This document shows, piece by piece, positions 52,926 to 63,072 of a DNA stretch of 64,000 bases. The position numbers and the translations under genes were made by a program. The notes beneath the pieces were generated by a model, which saw only the letters and a program-made list of their open reading frames with translations, had not been told where the DNA came from and made no database searches. Every line of letters begins with the position of its first letter. Positions within the stretch are counted from its first letter, which is position 1. Source of the DNA: an uncultured Spirochaetota bacterium (GTDB lineage Bacteria > Spirochaetota > Spirochaetia > SZUA-6 > Fen-1364). The stretch covers positions 1 to 64,000 of the forward strand of contig CAVUXE010000053.1 of assembly GCA_963745235.1 (NCBI GenBank). The letters run 5' to 3'.

Positions 52926-54395
52926 TCAGGGGCTGTCCGAAAGGGCAGCCCCTTTCTCACGGAGGACCGCCCCGGCGCCCGGCGGCGCCGGCAGGATTTT
53001 CCCCGGATTGAGAATGCCCAATGGGTCCAGGGCGTCCTTTATTGTCCGCATCATGGCGACCGCCGGGCCGCCAAGGTTTCGCTGCACGAAATCGCGCTTC
53101 GAGACCCCAATGCCATGCTCGCCGGAGATCAGCCCTCCGCGCTTGATAGCGTCTGTGTAGATCTCATCCTTGACCTGTCGGTGAAGCGCCTCCCACCCGT
53201 GGATCTCCTCCCCGAGCACGCCATCAGCCAGTCTTCGCCTCATGGTGTGAGAGTGCACGTTTCCATCAGCGGCATGCCCGTATGTGGGGATGGGGATCCC
53301 CAGCCGTTCTTCGAGGGAGGACACGAACTCCACGTGCGCAGCTATCTCTGAGCGGGGGACGCATATGTCGAGGACTTCGACGGAGGCCGGCTTGATGGCC
53401 TCGTAGATCATGCTCCGAAGCTCGAGGATGTCCGCCTGGTGCTCGGATGTCTCCGCCACCAAGACATCCAGGGCGCCCTCCTCCTCCACGATGGCCATGA
53501 ACCTTTGCGCCTGGGAGAGGACTTCCTCCTCGACTGCTCCGTCCAGGATGACCATGAGGGAAGCTGAGCCGACCGCGGCCGGCCACGGCTTTTTCAGCAG
53601 CCGCTCTGAACAGCGGATCACGGCGTGGGGAATGAACTCCACTGCCGCGGGAATTATCCCCGCGCGCAGAAGGGAAGGGACGGCCTGGATGGCCTGTCGG
53701 ACGTTCTCGAAAGGAGCAATCAGCGTCTTGAGACATCCGGGCTTCGGGACAAGGGACAGGGTCACCCGCGTGATGACCCCCAGGGTTCCTTCCGAGCCGA
53801 TCATGAGGTCGAGCAGGTGATACCCGGTGCTGGATTTCACGGTCTTTCCGCCCAGCTCCACGATGGACCCGTCGGAGAGCACCACCTGCAGGCCGATCAC
53901 GAACCGCTTGATGGTCCCGTATTTGACTGCCCGCGACCCACCCGCATTCGCGGAAACCAGCCCGCCCACGTGCGCGCCCTCGTCTCCGGGATGGGGCGGG
54001 AAGAAGAGGCCCATTGCCTCCACGGCTTCATCGAGCCGGCGAAGAGGCATCCCGGCTTCCACCGTGATGGTGGAATTGGCCTGGTCAGCATCGACCTGGC
54101 GATTGAGACGCTCCATGGAAAGAACGACGCCGCCCTCCGCCGCCACGCATGCCCCCGAAAGACCGGTCCCGCCTCCTCGGACCGTGAGCGGGACCCTGTA
54201 CTTTCCGCAAAGTACGGTGATTGACGCCACCTCCTCCGCCGAGGCCGGTCGGACAACCGCCAGCGGGGCTCGCGCGAGCTCCTCCAGGGCCGACTCATCC
54301 CGGGAATAAGGGACCAGGGCGGATGGCTCGGTGATGACGTTCTCCGCTCCAACCATCCCGCGCGCCTCCGCCAGCCATGCTTCGTGATTTGACAT
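52926..54395 (-). CDS. FAD-binding oxidoreductase (GlcD/D-lactate dehydrogenase-like)
   Basis: RGGGTGLSG, NAGGSRAVKYG, GSEGTLG, GHAADGNVH, SGEHGIG, LNPGKI. Confidence 0.92.
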   Translation of the reverse strand: MSNHEAWLAEARGMVGAENVITEPSALVPYSRDESALEELARAPLAVVRPASAEEVASITVLCGKYRVPLTVRGGGTGLSGACVAAEGGVVLSMERLNRQVDADQANSTITVEAGMPLRRLDEAVEAMGLFFPPHPGDEGAHVGGLVSANAGGSRAVKYGTIKRFVIGLQVVLSDGSIVELGGKTVKSSTGYHLLDLMIGSEGTLGVITRVTLSLVPKPGCLKTLIAPFENVRQAIQAVPSLLRAGIIPAAVEFIPHAVIRCSERLLKKPWPAAVGSASLMVILDGAVEEEVLSQAQRFMAIVEEEGALDVLVAETSEHQADILELRSMIYEAIKPASVEVLDICVPRSEIAAHVEFVSSLEERLGIPIPTYGHAADGNVHSHTMRRRLADGVLGEEIHGWEALHRQVKDEIYTDAIKRGGLISGEHGIGVSKRDFVQRNLGGPAVAMMRTIKDALDPLGILNPGKILPAPPGAGAVLREKGAALSDSP

Positions 54396-54500
54396 CTCTG
54401 CGGCCCTTTTTTTGATCATATTAACTGAGGGGACGACAATGCAAGGGAAACAACCATGGAACCAGGCGCGCGGTACTAGTCTCCCGAGAGGAAAGAGAAA

Positions 54501-55310
54501 ATGAAACCTCAGCGAAGAGAGTTTCTTCCCCAGGGCGGGGTCCGCAGGCAAAGAACCGCGGAGGAGATTGCTCAGGCCAGGCCTGCCAAGCTCGACTATC
54601 CGGCCACGAAGGTCGGCGCGGCGGGGAGTGTCACGGTCCTGTATGCGTCAACCCTCGGAGACCAGGGCGCAAAGCTCGCCTCGCAGATGCTGAGCTCGGT
54701 CCTCAGCCCTTACAACAACCTGCAGACGCTCTTTGGGATTCCCGGAGGGGCGGTCAACGTCATCATTGCGCCGTTGAGCGGACGAAACGACGGCTCGGGG
54801 GGCGCCTATCACTACGGATGCGATTTCACCTCCGGTGGTGACCTGTACCTCGACGCGACGTTCGCCAGCGCCGCGGTCAACGCCCTGGACCTGGAGATCG
54901 GTCTGTACGTCGCCGAGCTCTCCGAGTCCTTCATGGGCCCGCAGGACAAGGGGTGGGGCTGCGGATTCTCCAACGGAGAGGCGCTCTCCCGGTTTTGCGC
55001 TGAGCAGGCCACTCCCGCCGGCACCCTGTCGGCGTTCGCGACCGGCCCCGCGTGGGATCAGGCCGGTCGGCCGGACTGGGTAAGCAAGACGGAGCAGACA
55101 GATGGGGACAACGTCAGCACGGGCTGCGGGATCGTGTACATCTACTGGATGCTCTCCCTGGGCTTCTCGGCTTCGAAGGTAACCCAGGCGGGCGGCGCCA
55201 CCCTTTCCGCCAACTACCAGGCCCTGACGGGAAAGACAACCGCATACCAGGACCTTCTGGCCGGTCTTGCCGGGGTGACAATCTCCTCCGATAACCCGTT
55301 TTCGGCCTGA
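54501..55310 (+). CDS. Hypothetical protein
   Basis: 269-aa ORF with an AG-rich RBS; GGAYH, AELSE, GWGCGFSNGEALSR. Confidence 0.7.
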   Translation: MKPQRREFLPQGGVRRQRTAEEIAQARPAKLDYPATKVGAAGSVTVLYASTLGDQGAKLASQMLSSVLSPYNNLQTLFGIPGGAVNVIIAPLSGRNDGSGGAYHYGCDFTSGGDLYLDATFASAAVNALDLEIGLYVAELSESFMGPQDKGWGCGFSNGEALSRFCAEQATPAGTLSAFATGPAWDQAGRPDWVSKTEQTDGDNVSTGCGIVYIYWMLSLGFSASKVTQAGGATLSANYQALTGKTTAYQDLLAGLAGVTISSDNPFSA

Positions 55311-55436
55311 CGGCGCTCTTCGGGGGCCGGCGCGCCACGCCATGCCCGCGTTCGGACGAGCCCGCGCCCGCATCCGGGCGTGCCAGGCCGAATCTGCTTG
55401 CAGAAGTCAGGCATTTCCCCTCATAATCCGGCTGCC

Positions 55437-56633
55437 ATGAAAGACATGCACGCTCAGGTACTCTCCGCGGCAAAGAAGCTCAGGGACTACTCTGCGGAAA
55501 CCCTCTCCTCCATCGTGAAGATCCCTTCGTTCAGCGGGAAAGAGGAGAATGTCTGCCGCGCAATCGAGTCTTTGTGCCGCGAGGCCGGCTTCGACGAGGT
55601 CCGCATCGACGGGCTGGGGAACGTCATCGGCCGGGTGGGAAAGGGTCCGCGCAAGCTCGCGATAGATGCGCACATCGACACGGTTGGTGTCGGAGACGCC
55701 TCCCAGTGGAAGACGGATCCTTTCTCGGGGATCATCAGCGACGGGAAGGTCCTGGGCCGCGGTACATCTGACCAGAAAGGCGGGGCGGCGGCGATGATCG
55801 CCGCGGGCAGGATCCTTCACGAGCTGGGCTATGATGGCACGTTCTCCGTGTACTTCACTTTCACGGTGCTGGAGGAAGACTGCGACGGCCTGTGCTGGCT
55901 GTACCTGATCGAGAAAGAGGGCTTCAAGCCGGAGTTCGCCGTTTCCACGGAGCCCACCACCTGCCGCCTGTATCGCGGCCACCGGGGCCGCATGGAAATC
56001 GAAGCGACGATTCGCGGAATCTCCGCGCATGGAAGCGCGCCCGAGCGCGGCGAGAGCGCGGCCTACAAGGCAGCGCGCGCGGCCCTCGCAATGGAGAAGC
56101 TCAACGGCTCACTCGCTTTCGACGAGTTCCTCGGCAAGGGGACCATCGTCGTCTCCAAAGTGGAAGTGCACGGCCCGAGCCAGTGCGCCGTCCCTGACCA
56201 GGGCAGCCTCTACATGGACCGTCGCCTCACGTGGGGGGAAAACGCTGAGATCGCTCTGGACCAGGTGCGAAAGGCGATGGGCAAGGACGCGGAGAAGGTC
56301 GGCATGCCGGGGTACGACGGCAAGGGCTGGAACGGCGACACCTATCGGCAGGACTTGTATTTCCCAACCTGGAAGATTGCCCCGGATCACCCGCTGGTGG
56401 TGGGCGGCCGCAAGGCGCATAGGGCCCTTTTCGACAAAGAGCCCGAGGTCGGCAAATGGACCTTCAGCACGAACGGCGTCGCCATCTGCGGAAAGCACGG
56501 CATCCCCACCATCGGCTTCGGTCCCGGGGATGAGGACAAGGCGCACGCGCCAAATGAGTACACCCGGATGGATGATCTTGTGACGTGCAGCGCCTTTTAC
56601 GCGATGCTGCCCCTGGCCATGGAGGGCGAGTGA
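55437..56633 (+). CDS. ygeY: YgeY-family M20 metallohydrolase
   Basis: DAHIDTV, GRGTSDQKGG, EEDCDGLCW, YRGHRGR, WTFSTNGV, AHAPNE. Confidence 0.9.
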   Translation: MKDMHAQVLSAAKKLRDYSAETLSSIVKIPSFSGKEENVCRAIESLCREAGFDEVRIDGLGNVIGRVGKGPRKLAIDAHIDTVGVGDASQWKTDPFSGIISDGKVLGRGTSDQKGGAAAMIAAGRILHELGYDGTFSVYFTFTVLEEDCDGLCWLYLIEKEGFKPEFAVSTEPTTCRLYRGHRGRMEIEATIRGISAHGSAPERGESAAYKAARAALAMEKLNGSLAFDEFLGKGTIVVSKVEVHGPSQCAVPDQGSLYMDRRLTWGENAEIALDQVRKAMGKDAEKVGMPGYDGKGWNGDTYRQDLYFPTWKIAPDHPLVVGGRKAHRALFDKEPEVGKWTFSTNGVAICGKHGIPTIGFGPGDEDKAHAPNEYTRMDDLVTCSAFYAMLPLAMEGE

Positions 56634-56666
56634 GAGGGGTGGGACTGTCGCAACACGGGGAAGGGT

Positions 56667-57929
56667 CTAAGGAGCGGAGCCTCGCCGGCGCGCGCGCCTG
56701 ACCAGGCTGTATCCAACGGCTCCCGCGCTCGTGAGAATTGCAACGAGGGCAAGAGGTCCGACGAAGGGCAGGACCACCATCGAGACAGCGAGCGAGATCC
56801 ATGGCAGGGCCTTTCTCGCACCCCTGAGGGTGAGAAGCTTCACGCCCGCCGCTGATCCGATGACATAGACGACAATGGCGGCGCCGCTCGGAATCAAGAG
56901 GGCGGTCTGCAGGTTCACGTTGAAAATGTAATAGACGATCAGCATGACGAGCGACAGGCCGGTGAGCAGCGTGAGGGCCCGCTGCGGCGCTCCTGCTTTC
57001 GGGGTCACCTTCCCGAAATAGGCTGGCAGGGCGCCATCCCTGGCAGCGGCAAGAGCGACTCGCGACATGCCTGCCATGTACGCGTTGACCGTCGCGAAAA
57101 TGATCACCAGCGCGAGCAGGGACGTTCCCGCGGCGCCGTAGACGCCGAGCATTCTGGAGAAAATCGCGGCAAACGGCGCAACGCTTCCCCCGGCCTTGTA
57201 GGCCAGCGTCCCCACCGTGACAAAGGCCACGGAGAGATAGAGGAGGCCGATCACCACGACGCTGAGCACGACGCTTCGGTGGAAATCCCGCTTCGGATCC
57301 CTGAACTCCTCAGCCACGTTGGACACATTCTCGTACCCGAGGTACGACCAGAAGATCAGGGCGGCCGCGGTCCCGACGGGCAGCAGGCCGTTCGGAAGGA
57401 ACGGCGAGAAGCTTGCCGTGTGCACGGAGCCGATGGAAAAAGCCAACGCAAGCACCAGCAGGGTGACGATTGCAGCCACGATTGCAAGCTGGACCCTGTT
57501 GCTGAATACGATGCCCCGAAGGTTGATCACATAAGGGACGATGATGACGGCATACCCGATGAGGTACATTTCCAGCCTGCCCATCGGAAAAGCGTAACCG
57601 AGATACGAGGCCGCTATGAGAGTCACGGCGGGCGCGCCGCCGATGAACCACAAACCGAAGAGCCAGCCGGCGGCCGCTGCCGCGTGGGGCCCGAATGCCT
57701 CCCGGGCAAAAGCGTAGACGCCGCCGGACTCCGGGTTTCGGGCGGAGAGGGATGCGAAGGTGAACGCGAACGGATAGCTCGCGAGGCAAAGCACGGCCCA
57801 CGCAATCAGGGAGGCCGGCCCCGCAAGCCGCGCGGCCAGGCCGGGGAGCACCAGCACGCCCGGACCCAGGACGGAGCTCACGTAGAGGGCAACGGCGTGG
57901 CGCAGCGTGATCGCTTTCCGCAAGGACAT
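56667..57929 (-). CDS. Amino acid permease (APC family, YjeH-like)
   Basis: SVLGPGV, PESGGVY, FWSYLGYE, EEFRDPKRD. Confidence 0.9.
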   Translation of the reverse strand: MSLRKAITLRHAVALYVSSVLGPGVLVLPGLAARLAGPASLIAWAVLCLASYPFAFTFASLSARNPESGGVYAFAREAFGPHAAAAAGWLFGLWFIGGAPAVTLIAASYLGYAFPMGRLEMYLIGYAVIIVPYVINLRGIVFSNRVQLAIVAAIVTLLVLALAFSIGSVHTASFSPFLPNGLLPVGTAAALIFWSYLGYENVSNVAEEFRDPKRDFHRSVVLSVVVIGLLYLSVAFVTVGTLAYKAGGSVAPFAAIFSRMLGVYGAAGTSLLALVIIFATVNAYMAGMSRVALAAARDGALPAYFGKVTPKAGAPQRALTLLTGLSLVMLIVYYIFNVNLQTALLIPSGAAIVVYVIGSAAGVKLLTLRGARKALPWISLAVSMVVLPFVGPLALVAILTSAGAVGYSLVRRARRRGSAP

Positions 57930-58004
57930 CGTGAGGGAAAGGATACTGGAGCGCACTGTTCGGCGGCAAACAAAGCGTGTAAGATCGGGAACCCGGGAGG
58001 ACCC

Positions 58005-58739
58005 ATGATTCCCATCGGAGACGACAATACCGGCAGGCGCACGACTCCCTGGATGACCTGGACGTTGATCGCGCTGAACGTGATTGTCTTTGTCTTTTTC
58101 GAGGGGTTGGGCGCCAACGAGCGGTTCATCAACGCATACTCCGCGGTGCCGGGGAAGATCCTCACGGGCAGGGACATCGTCACCCGGGATCACCTCCTCC
58201 TGGACCCGAATACCGGCCGGCGCGTCCTGGTGCCCGGGCTCCAGCACACGCCGGTGCCCCTGTGGCTGACCATCATCACGTCCATGTTCATGCACGCCGG
58301 CATCGCCCACATTGCGGGCAACATGCTCTACCTGTTCATCTTCGGCGACAACATCGAGGACAGGCTGGGGCATCTGCGCTACCTCTTCTTTTACTTATTC
58401 TGCGGTGTCGCCGCTTCCCTGTCGCAGGTGTACGTGACGAAGCTGACCGGAGGTGACCTGCTGGTCCCAACCCTGGGAGCATCAGGGGCCATCGCCGGTG
58501 TCCTGGGCGCTTACCTCCTTCTGTTCCCGCGAAACCGCGTCCGGGTCCTGATGTTCCGCTTCATCACCTCCGTGCCGGCCATTGTCGCCGTCGGGATATG
58601 GTTCCTTTTCCAGGTGGTGGCGGAGCTCGGTGCGCTTGGCCGTGACACCGGCGGCGGCGTTGCATATGCCGCGCACGTTGGTGGGTTTGCCGCGGGATTC
58701 ATCACGGTGAAGCTGTGGGGCGCCGGCAGGAGGGCCTGA
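58005..58739 (+). CDS. Rhomboid family intramembrane serine protease
   Basis: TSMFMH, HIAGNMLYL, GASGAI, AHVGGF. Confidence 0.93.
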   Translation: MIPIGDDNTGRRTTPWMTWTLIALNVIVFVFFEGLGANERFINAYSAVPGKILTGRDIVTRDHLLLDPNTGRRVLVPGLQHTPVPLWLTIITSMFMHAGIAHIAGNMLYLFIFGDNIEDRLGHLRYLFFYLFCGVAASLSQVYVTKLTGGDLLVPTLGASGAIAGVLGAYLLLFPRNRVRVLMFRFITSVPAIVAVGIWFLFQVVAELGALGRDTGGGVAYAAHVGGFAAGFITVKLWGAGRRA

Positions 58740-58751
58740 ACGCCACTTCGG

Positions 58752-58988
58752 TCACGAATCGTTTTCGTGCGCTGCGAACCACAGGAGCCAGCCACAGCGC
58801 GGGCATCTCCAGGTGACCGTGGGGATTTGACGCCTGCCTTTCAGCCGATATCCCCCCAGCGCGTTTTTCTCAAGCTCGCCTTCAATCCATTTCATTCGTT
58901 CCAGCCAGCCATGCCCGCCCCTCCCAAGCAGGTGTCCTTCCTCCATGCGGACATGGCAGACGGGGCATTCGTGCGCCGTTGCGTTCAT
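58752..58988 (-). CDS. Small Zn-ribbon protein
   Basis: CPVC...MEEG...CPRCG. Confidence 0.7.
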   Translation of the reverse strand: MNATAHECPVCHVRMEEGHLLGRGGHGWLERMKWIEGELEKNALGGYRLKGRRQIPTVTWRCPRCGWLLWFAAHENDS

Positions 58989-59161
58989 TTCTCTTTCCTC
59001 TCCCGCGGGACCCGGGCAAGCCGCCCTGCGTCGATCAGAGCCTGGCGCAGCAGGAACTCGACCTGCCCGTTGATGCTGCGCAGTTCCTCCCCGGCCCACA
59101 CCGCCAGCGCGTCGTAGGTTTCCGGGCCGATGCGAAGGAGAAACGACTTCCTGTCCGGCAT
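58985..59161 (-). CDS. Arc-like ribbon-helix-helix DNA-binding protein
   Basis: RKSFLLRI...WAGEELRSINGQVEFLLR; downstream of the SPFH gene. Confidence 0.82.
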   Translation of the reverse strand: MPDRKSFLLRIGPETYDALAVWAGEELRSINGQVEFLLRQALIDAGRLARVPRERKEK

Positions 59162-59171
59162 CACACCCGCG

Positions 59172-60023
59172 CTATCGGTACAGGGATCCCGTGTTGACGA
59201 CCGGTTGGGTGGTTTGCTCGCTGCACAGGACAACCAGCAGGTTGCTGGCCATGGTGGCCTTGCGTTCTTCGTCCAGCTCGACGACGTTCTGTGACGCCAG
59301 CATCTCCAGCGCGTTCTCCACCATGCCGACCGCCCCCTCGACAATTGTGCGCCGAGCCGCGACAACGGCCGCCGCCTGCTGCCGACGGAGCATCACGGCG
59401 GCAATCTCCTGCGCGTAGGCGAGATGGCTCACCCGGGTCTCGGTCACCTCAACCCCCGCCTTCTGCAACCGCTCCTGGATCTCCGTCTTCAGCTGCGCGG
59501 ACACTTCCGCCGTGTGGCTCGACAGCGCGATCTCCCCTTCGCCGTGAGCGTCGTAGGGATATGCGGTGGCAAGATTGCGCAGCGCCGCCTCGCTCTGCAC
59601 GTGCACGTAGTTCTCATAGTTGTCTACCTGGAAGACGGCCTCCGCGGTGTCAACGACTTTCCAGACCACCACGCAGGCAATCTCGATGGGATTGCCTCTG
59701 TTGTCATTGACCTTCAGCCGGGCCGTTTCGAAGTTCCGGACCCGAAGCGATATCGCCTTGCGCGTGAAAAATGGGTTGGTCCACCGGAGGCCCGGCTCGC
59801 GTGCCGTGCCTCGATACGCCCCGAAGAGCTGCAGCACGCGGCCCTGGTTCGGGCTGACCGTGAAGAGCCCCCGGAGAAACAGAGCCGCCAGGACTATCAG
59901 GAGGGAAAACGCGCGGACCTGAATCCCATGCCGTATGCCCCAGAGGGAGCCGAGAATGGCGGCCAGAAGCAGGATCAGCATGGGAATTCCAGGGACGGCG
60001 TTCCGTTTCGTTTCGCTTATCAT
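59172..60023 (-). CDS. SPFH (band 7) domain protein
   Basis: LKVNDNRGNPIEIA, QSEAALR, HLAYAQEIA, IVEGAVGMV, SNLLVVLC. Confidence 0.93.
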   Translation of the reverse strand: MISETKRNAVPGIPMLILLLAAILGSLWGIRHGIQVRAFSLLIVLAALFLRGLFTVSPNQGRVLQLFGAYRGTAREPGLRWTNPFFTRKAISLRVRNFETARLKVNDNRGNPIEIACVVVWKVVDTAEAVFQVDNYENYVHVQSEAALRNLATAYPYDAHGEGEIALSSHTAEVSAQLKTEIQERLQKAGVEVTETRVSHLAYAQEIAAVMLRRQQAAAVVAARRTIVEGAVGMVENALEMLASQNVVELDEERKATMASNLLVVLCSEQTTQPVVNTGSLYR

Positions 60024-60054
60024 GATATTTATATGATATCATTATGATTTCATA
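60022..60054. promoter_or_regulatory. Three 11-bp-periodic ATGATATCAT-like boxes
   Basis: ATGATATTTAT / ATGATATCATT / ATGATTTCATA, directly upstream of the SPFH-RHH operon. Confidence 0.7.
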
Positions 60055-60155
60055 CGGTCAAGCAGAACGCGGGATTCCACGCCAGGCGGCGTCGCCGAAC
60101 AATTTGCGCGCGGCCCGCCCGGACATTATTATCTACCGTGGACAAAGGAGGTCCC

Positions 60156-60959
60156 ATGGGAATCTCAGGCGCGTTTCGGGATCGGTACGGCCCCTGGGCA
60201 CTCGTTGCAGGCGGCTCCGAGGGGCTGGGCGCCGCGTTTGCTTCCGAGCTCGCGAGCCTTGGAATGCACCTGCTCCTGGTTGCCCGCAGGCCTGATTTAC
60301 TGGAGCGCACGGCATCGGGCCTGAGGGCGACAGCCGGCGTCGAGGTTCGGACCGTGGCGGTGGATCTGGGCACGGCCGCGGGGCTCGCGGACGTTGCGCG
60401 CCAGGCGAAAGGCCTCGACATCGGCCTCCTGGTGTGCAACGCGGCCTCTTCCTACGAAGGGCCTTTCTTCAAGGCAAGCCTCGCGAAGTACCGGCACGTG
60501 ATAGACGTCAACTGTTACGGGGCACTGGCTCTCATCGACATGGTCGCGCCGGGGCTCATCCAGCGCGGGAGGGGAGGCATCATCGTGATGTCCAGCATGG
60601 CCGCTTTCCAGGGCTCCCCGTATGTCACCGTCTATAGCGCCACCAAGGCGTTCCTCCTGTCAGTGGCCGAGGGCCTGGCGGTGGAGCTCAAGCCGAAAGG
60701 CGTGGACGTGCTCGCTTCCTGCCCGGCGGTGGTGCGCACTCCCAACTATCTTGCAAGCAGGCCGGTGGACGCGAAGCCGACCCCGGTGGACGTTGAGCCG
60801 GCGCTCGCCGCCCGCGAAACCCTGCGGGCCCTCGGGCACAGGAGCGTCCTGATCCCCGGAGCCAGGGTCCGCATGGCGCACGCGGCAATGCGGCTGATGC
60901 CCCGCGGGGCCGCTGTTTCCATGATGGCGAACAGCACACGAGCGATGTATGGAGAATAA
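60156..60959 (+). CDS. SDR family oxidoreductase
   Basis: GGSEGLG, CNAA, SSMAA, YSATK. Confidence 0.9.
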   Translation: MGISGAFRDRYGPWALVAGGSEGLGAAFASELASLGMHLLLVARRPDLLERTASGLRATAGVEVRTVAVDLGTAAGLADVARQAKGLDIGLLVCNAASSYEGPFFKASLAKYRHVIDVNCYGALALIDMVAPGLIQRGRGGIIVMSSMAAFQGSPYVTVYSATKAFLLSVAEGLAVELKPKGVDVLASCPAVVRTPNYLASRPVDAKPTPVDVEPALAARETLRALGHRSVLIPGARVRMAHAAMRLMPRGAAVSMMANSTRAMYGE

Positions 60960-60963
60960 CACG

Positions 60964-62341
60964 ATGCAGACTCTCCTGCGCAACTGCTTCTTCATCCAGC
61001 CTTCGGCAGACCGCGAAGGCGTTCGGGGGCAGGACATCCTGATCGAGGGCAACCTCATTTCCCGTGTCGGCCCGCGGATCGAGACCGCGCCCGGGGCGCG
61101 CGTGATCGACTGCTCACGCCACGTCGTGGTTCCGGGGTTCGTGAACACGCACCATCACTTCTTCCAGACCCTGACTCGCAACCTGCCCGCCGTGCAGAAC
61201 GCGAAGCTCTTCGACTGGCTCGTCTACCTCTACGAGATCTGGAAGAACATCGACGAGGAAGCGATCTATGTCTCCTCCCTTCTCGCAATGGGCGAGCTCC
61301 TGAAAACGGGCTGCACCTGCTCCACGGATCACCTGTACCTGTACCCGCGGGGCGCCGGAGACTTCGTTTCCCGGCAGTTCGAGGCCGCGGAGAAAGCTGG
61401 GCATGCGCTTCTCCCCGTCACGGGGGTCCATGTCCCTGAGCAGGAAAGACGGCGGCCTGCCGCCCGACAGCGTGGTGCAGGACGAGGAGACCATCCTCAC
61501 CGACAGCGAAAGAGTCATCAAGCGGTTCCACGACCCTGCCCCCCTGGCAATGCGGAAAATCGTCCTTGCCCCCTGCAGCCCCTTCTCCGTGAGCGAGCGC
61601 CTGATGCGCGAGTCCGCCCGGCTGGCGCGCCGCCACGGCGTGCGCCTGCACACGCACCTGGCGGAGACAGCGGACGAGGACAGTATTGCCTGGAGAAATA
61701 CGGCGTACGGCCCGTTGAGCTGATGGAACGCTGCGAGTTCATCGGCCCGGATGTGTTCTACGCGCACGGGATCTTCTTCACTGATGAAGAGCTGGGCGTT
61801 CTGCGTCGCGCCGGAGCGCAGGTGGCGCACTGCCCCAGCTCCAACATGCGTCTTGGCTCGGGGATCTGCCGGGTCCGCGACATGCTGGACAGGGGAATTC
61901 CGGTGTCACTCGCGGTGGACGGCTCCGCCTCCAACGACTCCTCCGACTTCCTGGGCGAGCTGCGTCAAGCCCTTCTTCTCCAGCGCGTTGCGAGGGGCAG
62001 CGGCGCCTTGACCGCGCGTGAAGTCCTCCGGATGGCAACGGAAACAGGCGCCGCTGTCCTCGGGTTCCAGGGAACGGGCAGGGTCGAGCCGGGCTTTGCC
62101 GCCGACCTTGCGATCTTCGACATCGACCGGCTGGAGTACTGCAGGGAGCCTGTCCGACCCGTTCGCCGCGCTGGTCTTTGCGGGCTACAACCACGGGACT
62201 GACTACACCATCTGCAACGGAAAGGTCGTAGTCGAAAAAGGGAAGCTGACCGGCGTGGACGAGCGCGAGCTGACCGTGCGCGCAAACAGGATTGCCGCAT
62301 CGCTTCTCGGCGCAGCCATGGTTGCCCAGCCGGCCCGCTGA
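60964..62341 (+). CDS. 8-oxoguanine deaminase-like amidohydrolase (frameshifted)
   Basis: PGFVNTHHHFFQTLTR, LAPCSPFSV, HTHLAET, HCPSSNMRLGSG, VDGSASND. Confidence 0.88.
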
Positions 62342-62399
62342 TCGCTCTCCGCCGCAGGCAGCCCGCCTGCCGACGGCCCGCCCACTACCGGCGCTCCTT

Positions 62400-62596
62400 T
62401 CCCTCGATTCCCCGCTCATCCTCGCAAGGAGGTCGACAGCTCCCACCGCATAGCGGCTGATCCAGCGGTCATGCAGCGCCCTGATGGGAACCGGGTTGAG
62501 GTAGTTCCAACGTTGCCTGCCCTGGCGTTTGAAAATGACGAGGTCCGCCTTTTCCAGGACTCCCGGGTGCTGCATCACGGAGCAGCGGTCCAGGGC
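62400..62596 (-). pseudogene. 5'-truncated ArsR family regulator
   Basis: LDRCSVMQHPGVLEKADLVIFKRQGRQRWNYLNPVPI; N-terminal helices missing. Confidence 0.7.
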
Positions 62597-62597
62597 C

Positions 62598-63068
62598 GTG
62601 CAGACGAAGATTCAGAAACCCGTGGCGGAAGTGCTCGACGCCGTGTACAGGCCGGAGAAGCTCCGCGGCTATTTCACGAGCGGAGGGTCGGATGGCCCTC
62701 TGGATGAGGGAAAGACAGTGCTCTGGACTTTCAATGACGCAGGGCCGGAAGCGATGACTGTCCCCGTGACCGTGAAAGAGACAATCAAGAACAGGCTCAT
62801 CCGGTTCTCCTGGGCGGCAAGCGAAGGGGTGTATGATCCCGTCACGGGATCAGTGCCTCACCCGGGCGGCTACGATACCGTGGTGGAGATGAGCTTCGAG
62901 CCCCTCGGTGAGAAAGAGACTCTCGTGAAGATCATGGAGGGTGAGTGGCGCTCCACGCAGGACGGCCTTCAGGGGTCGTACGGGAACTGCCAGGGCTGGA
63001 CGCACATGAGCGTCTGCCTCAAGGCGTACCTGGAGCATGGCATCAACCTGAGAAGGGGATCCTTCTGA
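62598..63068 (+). CDS. SRPBCC/AHSA1 domain protein (possibly 5'-truncated)
   Basis: IQKPVAEV, GYFT, SYGNCQGWTHM, LKAYLEHGINLR. Confidence 0.85.
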   Translation: MQTKIQKPVAEVLDAVYRPEKLRGYFTSGGSDGPLDEGKTVLWTFNDAGPEAMTVPVTVKETIKNRLIRFSWAASEGVYDPVTGSVPHPGGYDTVVEMSFEPLGEKETLVKIMEGEWRSTQDGLQGSYGNCQGWTHMSVCLKAYLEHGINLRRGSF

Positions 63069-63072
63069 GCTC

